From Tricharina praecox (Eukaryota), in the NCBI RefSeq assembly GCF_024521635.1, contig NW_026250403.1, forward strand, positions 1,302,001 to 1,366,000: a stretch of 64,000 nucleotides of DNA, in the 5' to 3' direction. Below the pieces are notes generated by a model that made no database searches, was not told the DNA's origin, and saw only the letters and a list, made by a program, of their open reading frames with translations. This document shows, piece by piece, positions 26,552 through 39,900 of this stretch. Each line of letters opens with the position of its first letter. Within the stretch, counting starts at the first letter, position 1. A program made the position numbers and the translations under genes.

Positions 26552-29500
26552 GCCGGTGGCCGTCTATCGGAATGCACGAATACATCCGACGGCATCCCGC
26601 ACCTTCCTCTCCATCCCTCCTATGCTGGCACTCTTCCAAACAGAGCAGTTGCTGCGAGTTGAAAGGAACAGATAGAAAGAGAGATGGGGGAGGGGGCAGG
26701 AGAGAGAAGCTGAGTCCGACAAACAGTTGATGCATGTGGAACCGACGCTACCCAAAGGTTGCCATCTCATCGTCAAGCTCATCGCCACCCTCGGATACGA
26801 CGCAGTACATGGCGCGCTCTTCAAGGAAGCCTGATGATACATCTCCGGGGAAGGGAAACAAGATCCCCGGCGGCGACGACGAGCGCGCGCGGCGCACAAG
26901 GCGGGGAAGTGAAGAGGGAGGGAGGGGAGGGCCCGCGCGACGCGAGCCATTGGAGGGAGTTAGGTAAAGGCATGATGGTTTTGTTTCTCACAAGAACGAA
27001 CGAAATGAAAGCGAAAAGAAAAAGAACGATAATAATTGACAGGTCGGACGAAGAAGATGGGTTCCACTAACAGTTGGAGGTTGATGGTTTTTTTGAGATC
27101 ACCCGAGCTTTCGTTCACACAGACACAGTACCCGGCTTCGGCTTTAGCTTCCACGGAATGACGAGGCCTTTTTTATCGCAGTCTTTCCAATCGTCGCGCT
27201 GAACGGTCCCGACCGTGACTCGCGGAGAGTATGTTGAGAGCGGAGGGTGATAGCGGGAGGTGATAGCGGGAGGTAGTGTGTGGGTGTGGGGGGTGGGGGA
27301 GGTACGAGCGAGAGGATCGACCCGACGGATGGACGACTCGAAGGCTTACGAGGGGCGTCGGAGGAGGTCTGTTCTCGGGAAGAGCAAGGTCCAACTCCGT
27401 CTCGGATGCGCAATCGGTTGGCGATTCCTATCGGGCGATATGGGAGGACAGGGAGGTAGGGAGGAGGAGGAGGAGGAGGGAGGAGGAGGAGGAGAGGAGG
27501 AGAGGAGAGGGAGGTTTGGGGAGAAGAGAGAGTGTGTAGGGAGAGGTGAAGTAAGAAAGAAAAGAAGGAGAGCCCAAACGAGGATGGAGATGCAAAGGAA
27601 GGTAAAGTCTTCTGTGTGAGGACTGACCAGGGGTGGGCTGGGGAAGCTGTGCCTGGCTTTTTTTGCTGTGTGAGCGTGGGTGTGTATGAGGGTGTGTGTG
27701 AGATGTGTGTGTCGAAGGGGACATGTATGATATGTGCTTTATTTACTCCTCCGCCTCCTCCTCCAACTCTCCAGCATGTAGAGTATGTATATAGGGAGGA
27801 AGTAAGGAACCGGTATCACCAGTCGATGGACTCGGATCGGCTGTAGGTAAATTGGCGCTGCTGCGACGCCTTTTTTCTTTTCTTTCCGCCCGACAAGACC
27901 TCAAAATGAATATACGGCATCTACTCAAGCGCGGCGGCGTCTTTCGGCGTCATTTACGCGTGCACATTCGTGCACTATTTAGATACTCCTCTACGCACTG
28001 TGTAGATACTTCTCTACACATCAAAGTACGGGTACGGGTAGTGGAGTGGAGTGTAGCGTAGCTACTGCCCGCAGCCATGCCTCACGGATCGATGTGTTGG
28101 TTCGGTACACAGCACAGCACAGCACAGCCATGGCCGCCGCCCGTGACCCAGTGCCCACCCATCCGTGGACCGTCGTCCGTCCTCTTATCTACTCGAGTAC
28201 CTGGAATGGCAGAGTACCTATGGCCGCCAGCCCGAGTGGCTTGCACTTGCTCGCGCCTCACCGCCTCACCGCTCCTCCCTCTCCTCCCTCTCCCCCCCTG
28301 CACGCGGTCGGTTTCCTCGCGAGCCAAACGATGATGATCATCATCAGCATCGTCATCATCATCGTGTTGATGGCGACGATCGCATGAGCGGGAGGAAACA
28401 ACAACATCTGAACACGCACTCTCCTGTTTGCCCCCTCCCCTTTGTGTTTAACTAAAGCTGAACTAGGGCTTCGCTGGCTGGCTACCGTATTTGTACGGTA
28501 CTCTACTAACCGCCCCGTGGGTAGTGGGCCATGGATGGATGATGGTTCGACGGAACAGATGGGATGGTTCGCCCTCAACCTTCAGTCAGCCAGCCAGCCA
28601 ACCCTTGCTTCTTGTCTGCTTGCCTGCTTCGTGAGGATGGCTTCTCTCTCTGGCCAACCAGAGAACTGTTTCGCTTTTTCCCTGTCAGCCGGCGGTGTTT
28701 TGTATGTGTGTATGCAGAGTACATACGAGCAAATGGTCTGGCGAGTAGGATTGCTGGATGGGTGGATTGTTCGATTCCGAGAAGGAAAGTGGTCGCCGCT
28801 TCCTGGCTGGCTTGCTGGCTTTCTGGCTGGCTGGCTGCACCGCGAAAAAAGGATGGGACAAGGAGCTCGTTGCTGCTGCTGCTGGTTCGGGCGAATGACA
28901 GCGCCAGAGGCCAGAAGTCCATCCACCCATCCATCCATCCCTAACTTAGTTGACACTGGCGTTATGCGAGATACATACTCTGGAAACCCCCGTCGAGTCG
29001 TCGACCAATGGAAGACGACGCCGGACCCTGAGAGTTTCGCTTCCTTCTCTTCTCTGCTTCTTTGAAGTTCTTCCACTTGACACCTTCATCCCCACTTCCC
29101 CCTTCATGCGTACGTGCGTGCCTGCGGCGGATGTCCAGTCACTATCATTCGGTCGACTGTTCAGAGTTCAAGCGTTCCGTCTGCTTGCTTGCTTGTTGAC
29201 AGAGCTGCATCCCAGGTACCTATTCCTACCCATTATTTGCGCAGATTCCTCCCGAGCGAGCTCCCGAGCGAATGCAAGGCGTTTCTAGAGGACTCCGGGT
29301 TTTCCGTCGGTAACGCAATACGTGTCCCACCTTATGTACCTTGTACTCTACCGTAGGGAGCGGTGCGGCAAGTTCAGTATGTATAGAGAAACTCGGGTGC
29401 TAGAGAACACATGCAAGGACCGGAAATGCACATCTCGAGCAGATTGAAGTCGGTGACTGGTCGGTACTGGTGGCTGTATCTAGATTCTATGTAGATTCTA

Positions 29501-30870
29501 GAGCGTGCTGTATGGTACTTACTCGGATATGTAGTAGATGCTGGATATGCACACCGGTCCACATGGCTGGCCTCTGCCGTTGGTTTGCAAGTGGTCGACC
29601 GGTAGAGTACGGTATGTACGGCACTATAATCGCAGCAGTGCTGGCCGCTGGGGACGCAGTTGGAGTTACTACCATGCCCATATATACCCGCAGGCCGCAG
29701 GCCGCAGCTCCGCATACATAGCGGAGGCATGGCGATATCGAATCCCTTCTTCTTCGCGTCTGTTGGTATGTATATAACCAAGTAGCCAGTAGTGTCATAA
29801 CCGAACAACTTGCTCGAAGACGGCGGCCATAGGCGCGGCAAGCCGATTCAACCGAACCCCCTCCCCTGGGTCCCACTGCCCAGCAGCTTGGATTCATGGC
29901 GATCACTCGCTCAGCTAAGACGCGGCTTCGATCTTCAGGAGTAGGTACCTTCTCAATACCCACCGGTGGAACCGAAACCGATGGCGACGACGACGACGAT
30001 TTGTTGGGGGGCATTAACCACCAAAGAAGTATCCGCCTATGTGCCTATTGCGCGGACAATCGCAAGCTCCAGGAGCCCAAACACCGAGCCAAGTACTCTA
30101 CATACTCTAGGTAGAGTCTCCAGCAGCCAGCAGCCTGCAATTAATCCCTCCACACAACACACCTGCAGTTCCGGTTTGTGCAGTGCAGTTCATTTATTCG
30201 CACCCATGGCCGGCCACCACTACTCTCATGATCAGCATCATTTCTCTCCTGTCGACGGCGCCGACCGAGCGCGCTCCCAGATTTGGTTTATCCAGATCCG
30301 ACGAGCGAGTCGACGGCGCCGCGACCCTTGCTCGCCAATTGTTGGGCCTCGCTGGCTTCGACGGCCTCAACTCAACTCATCCATAATCCTTACATAACCA
30401 ACGAAGCAAGCAAGTACTTGCTCAAGTACCTGTCTCCGACTCTCCGTATGCAGCATACCTACTCGACGATATTTATCCAGATTCCAGCCCGGCTCTTCCC
30501 TCAGCCTAGCCAATGCCCGCCGTCTCCTGTATCCGCCAAGACCAAGAGTCCAATCGACCCCATCCGACCCCGGCACTTTTGCAAATCGACCGGATAGGTC
30601 CGTAACTTCGCAGCTTACGCACTCGAGCCTCGATGATGCCGGCATGAACGAGCTGCTTGCTTCTGTTTCTGTTTCTCTTTCTGTTTCTGTCTCTGTTTCT
30701 GCTCCCGTCGTCGGAAACACCCAACGTCATGCCTCGCGCACATGCTCATGCTCAAGCTCATGCAGGCCGGAATTCCATATTCACACTAGGCAACTCGTCG
30801 GTCTTGACTCTTCCATTCGTCGCCGTCGGCAAAGCCACACACCCTCTCCGCACAACTACACGCACGATGG

Positions 30871-30945
30871 CTGTGCTCTGCTGTGCTCTGCTGTGCTCTG
30901 CTGTGCTCTGCTGTGCTCTGCTGTGCTCTGCTGTGCTCTGCTGTG
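30871..30945. repeat. Perfect 10-bp tandem repeat (CTGTGCTCTG) x7.5
   Basis: Seven identical units plus CTGTG. Confidence 0.95.
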
Positions 30946-33900
30946 TTCGCCACAGATACTCTGTTGGCTTCGCTTCGCTTCGAAGTTCGGACCGACCGAC
31001 CTGCCTGCCCAGTGCCTGCCTCATGCTACCTTGCCTTGCCTTGCATTTGCCGCGGCGGCTGCGGCTGCGGCCTGCTTCCTGGTTCCTGCACTGGACGCTG
31101 AGGAATGTTGAAACAGCTCGCTCGCTCTGGTCGGAGTGCGGAGCTTTGGATCTTCTTCTCCAAGCCCGTCGTCTCCAAGCCCATCGTAGTGAGTGTTAGT
31201 GCTAGTGTTTACGCCTTGTTCTATCAGTTCGAAAGTTCGAAACCATCAGACCCCCCCCCCCCCGCCCGCGGCAGATGTAGCATAACATGTATGTAGAGTA
31301 GATACGAGTAGGTATAGTATGTTCTACCAGTATGCAGAGTATGATGTAGATATCGCAGGAAAATTCCAAAGCGAACCAACCAGGACTCGGCTCTTCCTAG
31401 GATGGGATGGAATGTTGTTTGCTTTCTTTTGTTATGTTTTCTTTTGTTTTTTCTTCTTTTGTTTTCCTTCCTGCACTGCAGAGAAGAAGGAGCCGCGCAA
31501 CAAGGCCGGCACTGGGGTCGACGGTTTTGAACTTTTGATCGCCGTGGTCCGGTCGACCCAAAACATCACCAGGGCAGCCTGGACAGGACAGGACATGACA
31601 GGGGAAGGTTCAAGGCGTGCCGTGAATAGAAACCCACGACCGTCGACAACGAACCAATGAACCAACGAGTTAAAGTTGCGAGTCAACAAAACGAACAGTC
31701 ACGATCGAGTAAGCTGCCATCCCTGTCTTTCGGCCTGTCAATGTTTGTCCTCCCGGCCAACCTACCCACCGAAAGTGCACGTCGAGCCGGCACGAAAAAA
31801 GTTCGGAAGAACAATAATGGATTATGGCATCTTGGGCTCCCCGTCGTCCCCGTCGTCTGGATGAATGTGCTCTAGTTAGTCATGTACTGCACTGGCGCGA
31901 CTATCCCGCGCCCGCAGGCCCGCAGCACCCCCGCATTCGACTAACAACATACCCAGTAATCCAGGTAGTCATCGACATCATAGCCTCTTTAGCGACATGT
32001 CGACATGTCGATATCGTGAATCACGACGCAAGCCTTTGTCGTTGAGTCATCTATCATTTAACTTGGAGTATGTGGGTAGGCGGATTCGCCCCGGACCTCC
32101 GGTTCCAGCAAAGGCGCGATGTATGTTTGTGAAAAGAGGGCAAATTTGGTAGATTTGGCAGATTTGGCGGTTTTGTTCACTTGTGTCCACTGTCATCCGG
32201 ACCGAAAGCCACGGACGTCTGCGCCGGCGAACGGAAGAAAATTGGCCAGACCTGCGCTGTGCAGGTAGATATCATACCTAAATACTCTCACCTTCACCTT
32301 CTGTGCAGCGGCGGTTCCCAGGCAACAACGGACTCACCACCACCAAAGCAAAACGAGCTCAGGAACGAGTCATATATGCACGCACACACGCAAGCAAAAC
32401 TAACAAACTAACTAACTAACAAACAAACGGGATTTTAGCAGCGAAGGGTTAGCTACGTATAGCGCGGCTCCGGACGGCATCGGCGTCGGCGGCTGGTATC
32501 GCACACGGCGCCCGCAACGCCCGCAATGCAAGGGGCCTGGAAGGCTGGGCTGGAATTGCTCGATGCTGCGGGCCTGCGGCTGCCGAAGGGTTTACATACA
32601 TTCATAGAGAATGCGCTCGAAGACATATGCAGGGCCAAAAGGGCGGAATCGACGGAATCGAAATCATCCTGTCCCCGGCGCCCGCCCCTCGTCTCGTTCG
32701 GACGAAGGCCTGAAAGCCCAAAGGCCGGCCATCCGGGTGGAGATGATGATCTTGCATTCGACACTGCATTCTACACTGCACAGTGCACACACATGCACAC
32801 AAACAAACTTTCCAGCCTGCGTTTTGCGGTCTGCGTTTTGCGTTTTGCGTTCTGCAGCTGCGAATAGGAAACGTGAACCTGAACCTGAACCGCGTCATAC
32901 AGGCAGGCCTGCCTATCTATCCGCCAGCGGCCAGTTCAATCAGATACGCTAGGCAGCTGCTTACATACATCCATAGTATGTATGGTATGTAGGTACTGCG
33001 CCGCGGTGCACCCGACAACTTGATTCGCTGGGCCAGGCCCGAGCAGATGCCAGAGCATGTGCTGAAACGATACTTACTTCATGCACTCCAGGTCTCTCTC
33101 GGGATTCCCATCAGAGAAGGCGATTACTCTACATACAGATGGAAACGTGTGTTGACAGTGGTGGTGGTGGCGGTGCTGCTGGCCTCGATGATCCCCGTCC
33201 GTTGGGTAGGTAGGCTGTTACCGCCCCGCGCCACTGCCCTATGTACCTGTGTCAGCCGCGCGAAAGAAAAATAATAGATGATGCTACATACCAGGTGGTA
33301 TCGCCAGAGAAACGCAGAGTAATCTCCCCAGCTAGGACAGACGGAATGATCAGGATTGTACTGGGTAGTACTATACAAGACTCGGCGCGGGTTTCTTGCT
33401 TCGCTTTACCTTGGTTGCCCTAACAGTTAACAAACTGCTGCCTGCCTGGACTCTGTTTGCTCAGTGCTGGTGGCCCGGATGGATCCTTGTCCTGGCGTGT
33501 TGTTGTTGGGGGGAGGGTGGTAAAGAACGTAGATACCTAGAAAGTCTGGATACTTGAGAATGAATGAACGGGATGAATCGATGGATGAAATACTGTAGCT
33601 GCCGGCGACGATCAAAAGGAAAGAGAGTCGAGATAGCCTTGGCAGAAGTGAGACCGCAAGGCTTACATTTATGCACCCTAGAAAAACCTACACGACAATC
33701 GAGTTCAGCGCAGAGGGCGCACCAGCCGGAGTAAGGATCGGGTTGCGATGTCGAATGTCGACCGAGTCCCGACGTTCCAGCATTGGTTTTGAGGATCAGA
33801 GGATCTTTAGGAGCTTGCCTGTGCAGTGTGCTCCATCCACATGCCACGCAGCAGAGTCCCCAAGATGGCTGGCCGACTGGCTGACCATTCACTGGCCGGC

Positions 33901-34410
33901 GGATCCTCAAGACCGAACGGGTAAAATAGGTATGATTTGTACCAGTAAAACTCCCTCGTCTGCCTACGATTCTACGAAAGAAAGAAAGAGGAAAAAACGA
34001 AGTCTCATTCGCACATCGGACGCCTCCATACTATCTACCTACAATCTCCATCTCGATCTTGGGATGGCATGAGTACCATAGATAAATAGATAGCCATAGT
34101 AGTACTATGGTTGGGGCCTAGATATGTGCGTCCCATCCCATTGATTGCCCCCCCTCCACCCCCCCCTCTCTTGCGATGAGGGGGAAACGCCCGGGAAAAG
34201 CGAGGAGGGTATCGCGTTTGCACCCAGACCCAAGCCCGACCAGAAACCTAGCTGAACTGAACACGTTTCGCAAGTGATCATTGGGCGGGTGTTTTCCGAG
34301 CGCCCCCTGGGCAGCTGCGGTATGTATGATATGTTTGATGGTCGATTTTTCGGCAATGCGAATCGGTCGACGACTCCTTCTCCTTCTTCTCTTCCTCCTG
34401 CTGCTGCTCT

Positions 34411-34489
34411 GGGGATGGGGGGATGAGGGGATGGGGGGATGAGGGGATGGGGGATGGGGGATGGAGGGGATGGAGGGGATGGAGGGGGG
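34411..34489 (+). repeat. GGGGAT-type G-run repeat, potential G-quadruplex
   Basis: About ten G4-G6 runs separated by short AT/ATGA linkers. Confidence 0.75.
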
Positions 34490-36051
34490 TTATTGGCCAC
34501 GAGCGAAGGCGAGGGGAGGGGTGACACCGCATATAATACTTCACTCTAGCTGCTCCATGTGCGAGAAAGAGAAAGAAAAACGCGTTCTCCGTGCGTGCAG
34601 ATGGCGCGCTCTCACGTGCATGCTTGTTTTGCTACAGATCTATCTGTTTTTGTTTTGTTTTTTGTGTTTTTTTTTCCGCACCACACACACCACGGTCCAC
34701 CAGGACTACTCTTCCTACTAATAGTACCTATAATAATACCCGTATAGGTATGTTTTCCTTAGTTGTTGATTGTTGCCTTGCTTCCCTTGAGTCCATGAGT
34801 CAATATTATGAACGAAAGCAAAGAAGAAGAAAAACAAACAAACAAAGGTGCTGTGTTGATAACTTGGAACTTGGCTGTTGCCGTACACACACTGCAAAGC
34901 GCCCGCACTGAGTCACTGGTCGGTACTAAACATGACTACTAGGTATAGAGAGTACATGGAATCGTGAGTCGCGCGAGTGAGCCTCCGTGAGGAGGATACA
35001 GAAGGAAAGCGGGGTATGTATGTCTGAGGATCTATGCCACGGAGAGGAGGCGTGTTTATCGCCCCCCTCCTCCCGCTTGAATACTTTGGATTTCACTACG
35101 AGGGGGGGAAGCATCGAGTGACCACACATGCAAATCAATGTTCCGGCATAGGTACATAGAGTCGTTTCCTTTGAGCAGCAGGGGGGACTGTAGGCGGCTG
35201 CGGAGGACGTGGTACGGTCGAGTCGGCCGGACATGATGAAGCACTCGAGCCTCGAGCCTGCGAGTTCGGAATGTTGCCTACGTATCCGCCTCGTCACAAC
35301 TCGATGCGGCGGTAGATTGTGTCCTGTCTCTGTCTCTCGTGTCCAACTCAATGGCCGCTGTGCTCGAAGCGCTGTAGACTATAATATAGTAAGGAGGCTC
35401 TAGCACTTGCAGACAGCTAATAGCTGTAAAATTTCCGTAGAGATGGATCATGGGCCATGGCGTATCGCCATTTCGACCCTCAACCTCAAGCCGCGGCTGT
35501 AGGCAGCGGCGGAGAAGTCTAGAGTTGCATAACGGTCCAGCGGGGCTCTGTAGTAGAAGCGGCTGCCTGTCTGTCTCATCCAGAGAAATGGATGGCGGAT
35601 GCCCCGCAGTCTGTGATTTCCAATGTACTCACAACACCTCACAACAGCTCATCGCACCCCCCGCGGTTCCGGCGGGTATTCGGGGTCCCGTGGATGCGTG
35701 ATAGCAGTGGTAGAGGAGATAGCGGACGAGCTGCTCGAGTGGGCTGCGGTTGTCTGGAGGGCTCGCGCGGCTAGGTGTCTTCCCGCAGGGTCTACGGAGG
35801 GTTGATGCCCTTGGTTTTCATCGAATACCAGTAACTTGTGAACAATTCAGTGCCACCTTAGTGGGGCGGCGTTCAATTTTCGCCGCTCCTTAAGCATAAG
35901 AAGCCTTCTTTTCATCCCTCTCCCCGCGCATCTTCACCAATTAACCAACGATTCCCAACGACACCCAACGGCCTTCACGACCACCCCCCCCCCCCCCCCC
36001 CCCCCCAACCACATCTATACATAAAACCCCTCCAAAACAACTACAACAACT

Positions 36052-36627
36052 ATGAAGTTCTTCAACTCTTTCGCCCTGCTGGCAGGAGCCGTCCTCTGCG
36101 GCGCCGTCTCCGGCAACGCTCTCGACACCGACAAGACCTTCACCACCATCACCAAGGCAGCTTCCGACAGCACCTCGTCCGCGGCCGCCGTCTTCGGTAT
36201 CGTCGTAACCGTCTCCGAGTTTTCGCCTCCGGCTCCCACCCTAGCCCATGACGGCGACTCTCCGGTCGACGAGCCACCCGACGAGGAGGACGTGAAGGAA
36301 GACACAAACTACCATGTATGCGAGACGACGAGCGGCAGTCCGCTATCGAAGGACGTGCAGGTCGCGGCCAACAGGCTCAAGGTTGAGGGCGACAACGAGT
36401 GCCGGCAGGACAACCCTGGCGGATCCATGTGCCATACCAAGAGGAAGTACCAGTCGGCCAGCATCGCGGTGTGCGGCGACTTTTGGTGGGGCATCCAGTG
36501 TGAGTGGGTGGCGGGCGCGGCTGAACAACTGATCCAGAAATGCACCAAGCGCATCGACGGCCAGAGCAGGGTCGGCGGTTACTTTGTCTTCGATAAACAC
36601 TTGAAGGCCGTTCTGGTTCACAATTGA
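36052..36627 (+). CDS. Small secreted cysteine-rich protein (191 aa), paralog of 4094-4609
   Basis: Signal peptide MKFFNSFALLAGAVLCGAVSG; Ser/Thr and acidic linker; 6-Cys C-terminal domain; C/A-rich leader with a long poly-C tract at about 35984-36006. Confidence 0.9.
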   Translation: MKFFNSFALLAGAVLCGAVSGNALDTDKTFTTITKAASDSTSSAAAVFGIVVTVSEFSPPAPTLAHDGDSPVDEPPDEEDVKEDTNYHVCETTSGSPLSKDVQVAANRLKVEGDNECRQDNPGGSMCHTKRKYQSASIAVCGDFWWGIQCEWVAGAAEQLIQKCTKRIDGQSRVGGYFVFDKHLKAVLVHN

Positions 36628-36958
36628 GCGAGAACGCCGAATTGGAAGGGTGGAAAATGAGGTATATTATACTTGGGCACTATAATATACCATAAAATTG
36701 CACTGTTGGAACAGAAGTTTCGCTTTGTCAGTTGGATAGACGTAGATGGCGGTATCGACCGCAATGTGACTAAACACTCGTCATCACTCGTGAATCATCA
36801 ATTTTTGTTAGTTAATTGATGACTTGTGATCACGACTTCAATTTCCCCCTTCTTTTACGTGCGCCTAGTAAACGCTATAAATGTTGATGAGCGAAAAGCC
36901 CTCTATCACAGGATCGATCCCATATGTACATAAGTAAGTAAGTAATGCAAAACTCCAT

Positions 36959-39900
36959 TCACCGTCGCTGTCTATTCTCCCACCCGTTCATACTTCTCCT
37001 AATCCCCAAAGTCCTCTTCACACCTCTCTGCGACCCCGCCAATGGAATCTTGGGCGGCAACATTGACGTCTCCTGCACCAACTTCGGTAAGGTGGCCTCC
37101 TCCCGTATATCCTCCATGTCTATCTCGAATGCTATCGCTTGAGGAAAGGGAGGGGGAGGAGGAGGAGGAGGTTCATGCTGCTGCATATCCTCACAGAAAG
37201 CTCCAAACACCGGTGAGCTAGGTGGAATTTCCTGATCGTCCTCCTGCTCCTCAGGCTGCACGTGCTTCATCTTTGTCGTTTCGGGCTTTGTCCGGCGTTT
37301 TTTGACTTTTCTCGGTGGCGATGACGACAGAAGGATAAAGTCTCCACCGGCTCGCTTGGGAATAACAGGTGCTGGGAGTGACTGCACTTGCTCCAGTAGG
37401 GAGACGTCTGGGGCTATGGTTCGGACGGCTGATGTGGCTGTGGCCGGTTTGGGCGGCGGTGGCTTCTTGGTTAGAAAGCCCATTAGTGTCCCCTGACCTG
37501 CCGGTCGTGAGGATTTAGAAGCCACCGGCTTTCCTTTCTTCGTGGTGGTAGTTGTACATGTATCGATGATGGTAATTGATACAGCTCTGTTTGTGGAAAC
37601 AGTCGAATTCTGCATCATCCTCGCATCCGAGGTTCTCCTCACATTAAGGTCCTTATCCGCCTCGCAGGCAAAATCCACCCCCTGTTTCTTGAGCTCGGAG
37701 AGATGGCTTCCGGCACTGCGGAATCCGATCTTGTTCTCGGTCGTCGCTTTATGGCGTATCCGGTCTTCGGTGGTGGTGGTGCTGATATTGGTCCAAGCTC
37801 TAGCACTCTGGAACTGTGGCACATCGGGTTTGCTGCGATAATTACCATTCTCCCGATAATTATTATTCTCCCGCACAGCCCGTTTTTCATTCTCCTCTTT
37901 ATCATCCGGGTCTTTGTCGGAGATGACATCGTCGCACCGCGACTGTATCCCGCTGCTCTCGACCACGGCTTCGATTTCTATCTCTGTCGGACACCGTGCC
38001 GACAGGATCTGTGCCAGTGTCTGAACGTTCGAGAACGACAGGTCCGAGGCTTTGTTGCTCATAAGCCGGTTCTTGATATTCGGCTTATCGATGAACGACG
38101 ACAATTTGACTTTCTCCCCCGAGCGGAATGGGCACGATAGGTAGAGCAGTGCCTGTGCTCGGGTCATGGCAACGTAGAGCAGTCGTCGCTCTTCGTCGAC
38201 ATCTTCTGCTCTTAAGTGCGGAATCGAGCCTTCGTAGACAGATGGGACAAAAACTACAGGCCACTCGAGGCCTGGTGGCGGTGTTAGCATCGAGAGATTT
38301 TGACTGACTGGATGGACGGCGAACCTTTGGCTGCGTGTATGGTGCTGATCATAATCTCCGCCACCTTCTCATCTGGGCCGGCAAGCCGCCGCTGTCTCTC
38401 GTTCACGAGTGCTGCGTTTGCTAGGAACCGCTCCAGTGCAGCCCTGGGAGTTTTCCGAGGTCCCACTTGCTGTTGCAGCCCGTCGATATCCGGCAGAGCT
38501 TCGTCATCCTCGTCGAGTCTGATTTCCCGTGCTTGGGCGATAAGCTCCTGGACGTTCGCCCAGCGGCTGTCGAAATCCTCCGGATAGTGGTTGTGTATGT
38601 ACGCCGCGTAGTTCAACTTGGCCAGGAGATTCTCTACGAGATCCGCCAGGGTGGTTTCCGGATCGTCCAGTTTTTCCATTACCTTGGTCATCAACCCGAC
38701 GAAAGACTCCATCCCCTTCTCTGCGAGCTTGGCCACTTTCGTGCCCCACGGGGAATGCCCGCACACCCCGCGATACACAGAGTCCCATAGACTTTTCTTC
38801 TTCTTCTCTGCGTCCTCGAGTAATCCCTTCACCGTAGTATCCCCGACTTTGCGCGATGGAACATTGATGATCCGCACCACCGCATCATTGTTCGCTGGAT
38901 TCTGGAGCACCCGGAGATACTCGACCACAATCTTGACCTCCGCCCTATCAAAGAACCTCGTTCCCCCAACCATTTTGTACGCCATGCCCTGACGAGTGAG
39001 AACTGTCTCGACGTGTCTCGTCAGATGCGCTGACCGCACCAAAATCGCCACACCATCGAGCGGAATCATCCCGGCGGTAACGGCGCGCAACCTTTTGATC
39101 TCGCCGACGATCCACTCGGCCTCTGCCGCCGCAGAGGCAACCCTCCGTAGAACTGGACTCGGGCCGATGGGATGCGTCGCGGTCAGGGCTTTATCGATGC
39201 GATTCCCATCCTGCTGTATAACCACCAATGCGGCCTGCAGGATACTCGCGGAGCTTCGGTAGTTCTCTTCCAGATTCACCACGAGGGTGTCCGGATACTG
39301 CCGCTGCATCCTACGTACGTTCCCGATTTCTGCGGCGCGGAAGCCGTAGATGCTCTGGTCTGGATCGCCAACCACAGTGATCCGCTGATACTTCCAGGAG
39401 AACTTCCGCATCAGCTCGTACTGGACTACGTTCGTGTCCTGGAATTCATCGATCAACAACGCCTCGATGTTACTGACACACTCGGGATTCTCCCTCAGCA
39501 GCTCCAGACATCGCACGAGGAGATCGTCGTAGTCCAGCAAATTCGACGACTCTAGCTGCGCATGGTAGTCCTCATACAACAACACAAAATCCTCCGTAGC
39601 AATATCCTTCTGCCTAGCCTGTGTCGACTTCTGCGTACTCGCCGCTGGATTCGTCGACTGCACGGTGGGATACGCATTCGTCATCGGCTCCATATTCCGC
39701 GCCTTGAAATGGGATATCCTGGACTGCAGCTGCTTCGGATCTACCGACTCGCCCAACCCCCTCCGTTTTATGATCCTCTTACAAATCGCCTTCGAATCGC
39801 CGGAATCGGCGATACCCCAGCCCTGGCGGAGTCCGATAAGATGTCCGTACTTGACGAGGTACCGCCGACAGATACTGTGGAATGTTCCAAGGAGCAGACG

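Noticed and set aside
30644-31199. Cys/Leu-rich ORFs (CALLCSAVL repeats)
   Set aside because: Translation of the 10-bp microsatellite
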